Positions 28,058-32,000 of a stretch of DNA of 32,000 nt are shown here, in pieces. The number at the start of each line of letters is the position of its first letter. Positions within the stretch are counted from its first letter, which is position 1. The position numbers were made by a program, and so were the translations under genes. This DNA is from Hyperthermus butylicus DSM 5456 (GTDB lineage Archaea > Thermoproteota > Thermoprotei_A > Sulfolobales > Pyrodictiaceae), in the NCBI RefSeq assembly GCF_000015145.1, contig NC_008818.1, positions 690,001 through 722,000 on the forward strand, given 5' to 3'. Below the pieces are notes generated by a model. That model was not told where the DNA came from and ran no database searches. It saw only the letters and a program-made list of their open reading frames with translations.

Positions 28058-29278
28058 CTAGGCCTTTGGGAAGGGTAAAACCTCCTCGCCGTGCATGATT
28101 GGGTAGAACTTGCCTAGGTGGTACCAGAGCGATGGTATGTAGACCCGGCCCTTCTCCTCGACCTCCGCTAAAGCCTTTTCGACAATAGCAGCTATGTCCT
28201 CGTATGATATGTCTACGCCGCCGACGCCTGCAGGCACACCTATCATGCTGGGCTTGGCTTCTAGGGCCGCGCTAAGCTCTAGGAATAGCGGGCCCGTCTG
28301 GCCGAAGGATACGCTGCGGTCCAGGACTATCACAGCCTTCTTCGATATCGCTGCCTCTCTCACCTCCTCCCAGGGGAACGGCCTCACCCAACGCAGCCGG
28401 AGTACGCCGGCACGGATACCCTTCTCCCGTAGCATGTCCGCTGCTATCTTGGCGTCACCCATCCAGGAGCCCATGCCAGCGATTATGTAGTCGGCGTCCT
28501 CGCACCGGTAGCACTCCACCAGTTTGTCGTAGTACCTGCCGGTGAGCTTGCCATACTCCCTGCCGACCTCAGCTATAACCTTCTTCGCCTCTAGCATGCT
28601 GCGGTGCATGTCCATCCTCATCTCCTCGAATGTCTCGTCGGGGAATATGTTGCCCATCGCAATCGGCTTACCGGGCTCCATGGTGTATGGCTGCCTCCTG
28701 GGCGGCAGGAACGCGTCAACAGTCTCCTGGTCGGGCAGCTCCACGGGCTCCACGGTGTGGCTGAGTATGAAGCCGTCAAGACCCACTATGCCTGGCAGGT
28801 AGACCCGCGGGTCCTCGGTGACACGGAACATTATTATCGTGAGGTCGAATACCTCCTGGTTGTTCTCGCTCATCGATATTAGCCAGCCAGTATCCCTCGT
28901 AGCGAGGATGTCCGCGTGCTCAACATGGATGTTCCATGGCGGGCCTATGGCCCTGGTTACGACGGCCATTACCACGGGTATCCTGCTTGCAGCTGCCCAC
29001 CAGAGCATCTCGTACATGTACATTAGGCCGTGGCTGGACGTTGCAGTGAACGCTCTAACACCACCCACGGCTGCGCCGTAGGTTGCTGCTAGGGCGCTGT
29101 GCTCGCTCTCCACGTGTATCATCTCGGCGTCCATCTCACCCTTCGCTATTAGCTCATCTATCTTCTCCACGATGATGGTCTGCGGCGTGATAGGGTATGC
29201 TGCGACGACTTCAACGCGGGCGTATTTTACTGCATAGGCTACAGCGTCGTTGCCACGCATAGCCATGAGCCTACCCAT
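28058..29278 (-). CDS. porA: Pyruvate:ferredoxin oxidoreductase-type alpha subunit
   Basis: AVKYARVEVVAAYPITPQTIIVEKI...ESEHSALAATYGAAVGGVRAFTATSSHGLMYMYEMLWWAAASRIPVVM. Confidence 0.95.
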   Translation of the reverse strand: MGRLMAMRGNDAVAYAVKYARVEVVAAYPITPQTIIVEKIDELIAKGEMDAEMIHVESEHSALAATYGAAVGGVRAFTATSSHGLMYMYEMLWWAAASRIPVVMAVVTRAIGPPWNIHVEHADILATRDTGWLISMSENNQEVFDLTIIMFRVTEDPRVYLPGIVGLDGFILSHTVEPVELPDQETVDAFLPPRRQPYTMEPGKPIAMGNIFPDETFEEMRMDMHRSMLEAKKVIAEVGREYGKLTGRYYDKLVECYRCEDADYIIAGMGSWMGDAKIAADMLREKGIRAGVLRLRWVRPFPWEEVREAAISKKAVIVLDRSVSFGQTGPLFLELSAALEAKPSMIGVPAGVGGVDISYEDIAAIVEKALAEVEEKGRVYIPSLWYHLGKFYPIMHGEEVLPFPKA

Positions 29279-29287
29279 AGCCAGGGA

Positions 29288-29549
29288 TCACCCCTGCTCC
29301 TGCATCTTCTTGAGGAACTCCTCCTCGGAAACCATGCTTATGGCCTTCACGGGGCAGACCTGGGCGCATACACCGCAGCCCTTACAGTACTCGTAGTCTA
29401 TCACGGGAATGTCCTGGCCTCGCGGCCCCCTCCCCGCAGCCATCTCTATCACGTGCTCGGGGCAGTAGAGCCAACACATGTAACAGCCAAACACACTTCT
29501 CAACGTTTACTACTGGTCTCTCAGTCCTCCACGTACCAGTCCTACCCAT
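29288..29549 (-). pseudogene. porD: Pyruvate:ferredoxin oxidoreductase delta subunit (2x[4Fe-4S] ferredoxin) with apparent 1-nt frameshift at 29489-29491
   Basis: MGRTGTWRTERPVVNVEKCV in one frame continues as GCYMCWLYCPEHVIEM...DYEYCKGCGVCAQVCPVKAISMVSEEEF in another. Dropping one T from the minus-strand TTT restores EKCVGCYMCWLYCPEH. Confidence 0.85.
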
Positions 29550-29639
29550 GGCACCCGGCGAGCCCGTTGAGAGGGGCAGCGGGTGCCCCGCCGGATCCAC
29601 CACGGCTACGAGCCCACTCCTGCGGGCCCCGGACACGGC

Positions 29640-30302
29640 CTAGGCCACCTCCCTCCCCGCGAGCTGGACCATGCGTGTCTCCTCGTAGGCCCTCCTCGCC
29701 GCCTCAGCGTTCGCCTCGGCGATCTTTGGACTAGAGCTCCAGTACGACTTTATCGCCTCGACTACAGAGTCTATGGAGACGAGGCCCGTAGCCCTCGCCA
29801 GGGCGCCGAGCATCGCTGTATTCACCACCGGCCATCCGGCCACGACCAGGCCTAGCTCCTTGGCGATACGGGTAGCGTTAACGTAGTAGAGCGTGGCGTG
29901 CACACCCAGATCCACGGGCTCGGGGAGATTCGCTACTATCTTGCCGCCGGGCTGGAACCCGGAGAGGACCCGGTCCCTCTCAATGGCGAGCAGGCCGGGA
30001 TCAAGCACTACTAGGACCTGGGGCTTCCGCACCATGCTGTGCAGCGGCACCGGCCCTGGAGCTATCCTGGCAAATGCTAGTACGTGGGCTCCACGCCTCT
30101 CAGCACCAAAGCTGGGTATCGCTTGGCCCCACTTACCCTCAACAAGAGCTGCCTGAACCAGCAGTGTTGCAGCGGTAACAGCGCCCTGCCCGCCACGCCC
30201 ATGGAACCGCAGCTCCAAGGTTTCCCTCAGAACCGGGATGTAGGAGGCACCCTCTGCGCGTTGCAACCTGGACACGCTCTCCCAAGAAGATATTCCATTC
30301 AT
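29640..30302 (-). CDS. porG: Pyruvate:ferredoxin oxidoreductase-type gamma subunit
   Basis: LELRFHGRGGQGAVTAATLLVQAALVEGKWGQAIPSFGAERRGAHVLAFARI; VVNTAMLGALAR. Confidence 0.93.
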   Translation of the reverse strand: MNGISSWESVSRLQRAEGASYIPVLRETLELRFHGRGGQGAVTAATLLVQAALVEGKWGQAIPSFGAERRGAHVLAFARIAPGPVPLHSMVRKPQVLVVLDPGLLAIERDRVLSGFQPGGKIVANLPEPVDLGVHATLYYVNATRIAKELGLVVAGWPVVNTAMLGALARATGLVSIDSVVEAIKSYWSSSPKIAEANAEAARRAYEETRMVQLAGREVA

Positions 30303-30728
30303 GATGGAACATTTTATACATAGCTAAATGCATAACAGAACTGTTACCAGGGTGGCCCGTCAGTACCACGACTAGCCATCTTGCAACTCCTCCCGCTGTA
30401 TGCCATAGGCCCTCTACAGACCACAGCGCCCGGCTAGCAGCTTGCAAATACGAGCTGAGACTTCACGCCATACTGTGGCATGCGAGCCCCAGCCGAGGCA
30501 GCAGCGTGAAAGCCAACGCCACACATCCCATACGCAAACAGCAGCATCCAGCAGCTATGCCAGCTGCGAGGAAGCTACACCCTCACCAACCATAACTATC
30601 CAGAATCCCAGCTAGATAACAGGCGACTATGGGCGAAAGCCGTGGCCGCGCAGAGCAGTATAGCCGAAGAACCTGCTAGCCCCTACAAGCTACCACGTTG
30701 ACAGTGCATGTGTGCTCGTCAAGATATA

Positions 30729-31490
30729 CTACGTAGTCGACGCTCCTGCACGCCTTGTCGGTATGGCTTGGCACGAATCTTGCCCTTTACCGGCAGCCCT
30801 TAACACGCCAACAAGGGCTTCCATGTGTACAGAGTATGTAAGCAGGGGCTTCCCTTCACACCTGGCCAGCTCAAGCCTACATCCATTGTCTTCGCAGCGT
30901 AGATTCTTGAAGATCTGGAATGGGTGACGCTGCACACCATCAGGGCTGAGTAGGAAAACCCCGAGCAGCTCCTCGAGAGACAGCTCCTCCGGCTTAAACC
31001 CGGCCATAGCGCCGAACGTTCTAAAGCCCCGCTCCGCCCCCGCCTCAGCTATCATGGCCGCCAGCAGCGCAGCCCGCCTCTAACCTACAATTCTCGCAAG
31101 ACTCTCAGGCAAATCACGTGTTAGAATGGAAATAGCCATCTCTATCAATCCACGGGAAACAGCCTCCACATTATCTATAAACTGCGCCATAAACGACGCC
31201 TCCCCTGGCTGGAGAGTAACACAGAGGAGGGCTGCAAGTAAGCCACTACATATGCCCACCTGTATATTCCCACTTACATGTTTTGCATAGTGTATGGAAA
31301 CTATTGCCAAACCCATCCCAGGGAGAAATTGAGCAAGAAGAAGGCTGCCCCGTCACACAGCTCTGCCCCAACCCCATTTATCATAACCGTGTAGCACATA
31401 CTCCGACATCCATACGTGGCGGTAGTATTCGACCTCCATAGGCTTGCCCAGCCTCACTATCACCCTAAACCCTATCGTGGCGCCGCCAGG
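30729..31490 (-). pseudogene. Possible multiply interrupted gene of unknown family
   Basis: One minus-strand frame contains IGFRVIVRLGKPMEVEYYRHVWMSEYVLHGYDKWGWGRAV-TGA(31353-31355)-RGSLLLAQFLPGMGLAIVSIHY...PESLARIVG-TAG(31080-31082)-RRAALLAAMIAEAGAERGFRTFGAMAGFKPEEL... to 30729. Confidence 0.4.
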
Positions 31491-31584
31491 CGCTCCCCTC
31501 GCCCCGGGCCGTGTCGGGTATCCATGCTGTTAAGGCTCCAGTCCTCCAGGGGGCGTAGCGCCTGGGCGAGCTGTTAGCCCCTGC

Positions 31585-32000
31585 CTAGGATTGCTTGGCA
31601 AGCTCCACGAGTAGTTTGAGCATTCTTCTAGCATTTTCGAGCATGTCGTGGTCGTTGTTGAAGAATACGTAGATCCTCCTGGGGTTCAGGGCTAGTACGC
31701 GCTTGGCATCCTCGAGCAGCTCCTCGTCCGTGTAGTTGTGAGCGTACCACAATACTCTACCGTGCATCCGGAGGTAGACAGTATCGTTACTCGCCGCTAT
31801 GTAGACGCCTATGGGGGAGTCCACCGAGACAAAGGTGGCGCCTATCCTCCGGCAAACCTCTACGCCTAGACCGTTCTCAAACCAGCTCTCGTGCCGAAAC
31901 TCTACGGCCATCCTCTCCCCGAGCCCGGCCTCGGCTGCGAACCGCTCAAGCCTCTCAATGTTCTCGCTGGTGGCCCGGTAGCTCGGGGGGAGCTGGAACA
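31585..32000 (-). CDS. DUF72 family protein, C-terminal part, truncated by the right window edge
   Basis: Manual extension upstream of the ORF-track Met gives FQLPPSYRATSENIERLERFAAEAGLGERMAVEFRHESWF...VSVDSP...YLRMHG...YNYTDEEL-like...VYVFFNN: the DUF72 pattern. Open to the edge. Confidence 0.88.
   Translation of the reverse strand, partial: FQLPPSYRATSENIERLERFAAEAGLGERMAVEFRHESWFENGLGVEVCRRIGATFVSVDSPIGVYIAASNDTVYLRMHGRVLWYAHNYTDEELLEDAKRVLALNPRRIYVFFNNDHDMLENARRMLKLLVELAKQS

Noticed and set aside
27427-29855. Plus-strand ORFs opposite porB/porA/porG (e.g. 27427..27840, 28194..28490, 29893..30156)
   Set aside because: High-GC shadow ORFs antisense to strongly supported POR genes.

Overview
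This window reads as hyperthermophilic crenarchaeal DNA; the taxon is inferred from gene content and style, not searched. Left half (1-15.8 kb) is a type III-B CRISPR-Cas locus. It holds a 5' fragment of a CARF (Csx1-like) effector running off the left edge on the minus strand, which the ORF track does not list, then a decayed PaREP1/HEPN-like gene. Next is a compact plus-strand Cmr operon in the order cmr4-cmr5-cmr1-cmr6-cmr2(cas10, GGDD)-cmr3, followed by a 273-aa gene I cannot assign. A 47-repeat array (25-nt repeat, 46 spacers, 12374-15556) follows, most likely transcribed on the minus strand from a leader at its right side. It contains a perfect 135-bp tandem duplication of two repeat-spacer units, and its leader carries repeat-derived fragments. 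No cas1, cas2, cas4 or cas6 is visible. Right half is mostly housekeeping: m5C methyltransferase, Nob1-like PIN/zinc ribbon, NAD kinase, Trm5-like methyltransferase, DHH phosphoesterase, a split MetE/MetF-like cluster, PRTase-domain regulator, POR operon (porG-porD-porA-porB) and a partial DUF72 gene. Several reading frames look disrupted: porD has an apparent 1-nt insertion, and 11867-12319 and 30729-31490 have in-frame stops. These are either real lesions or sequence errors.
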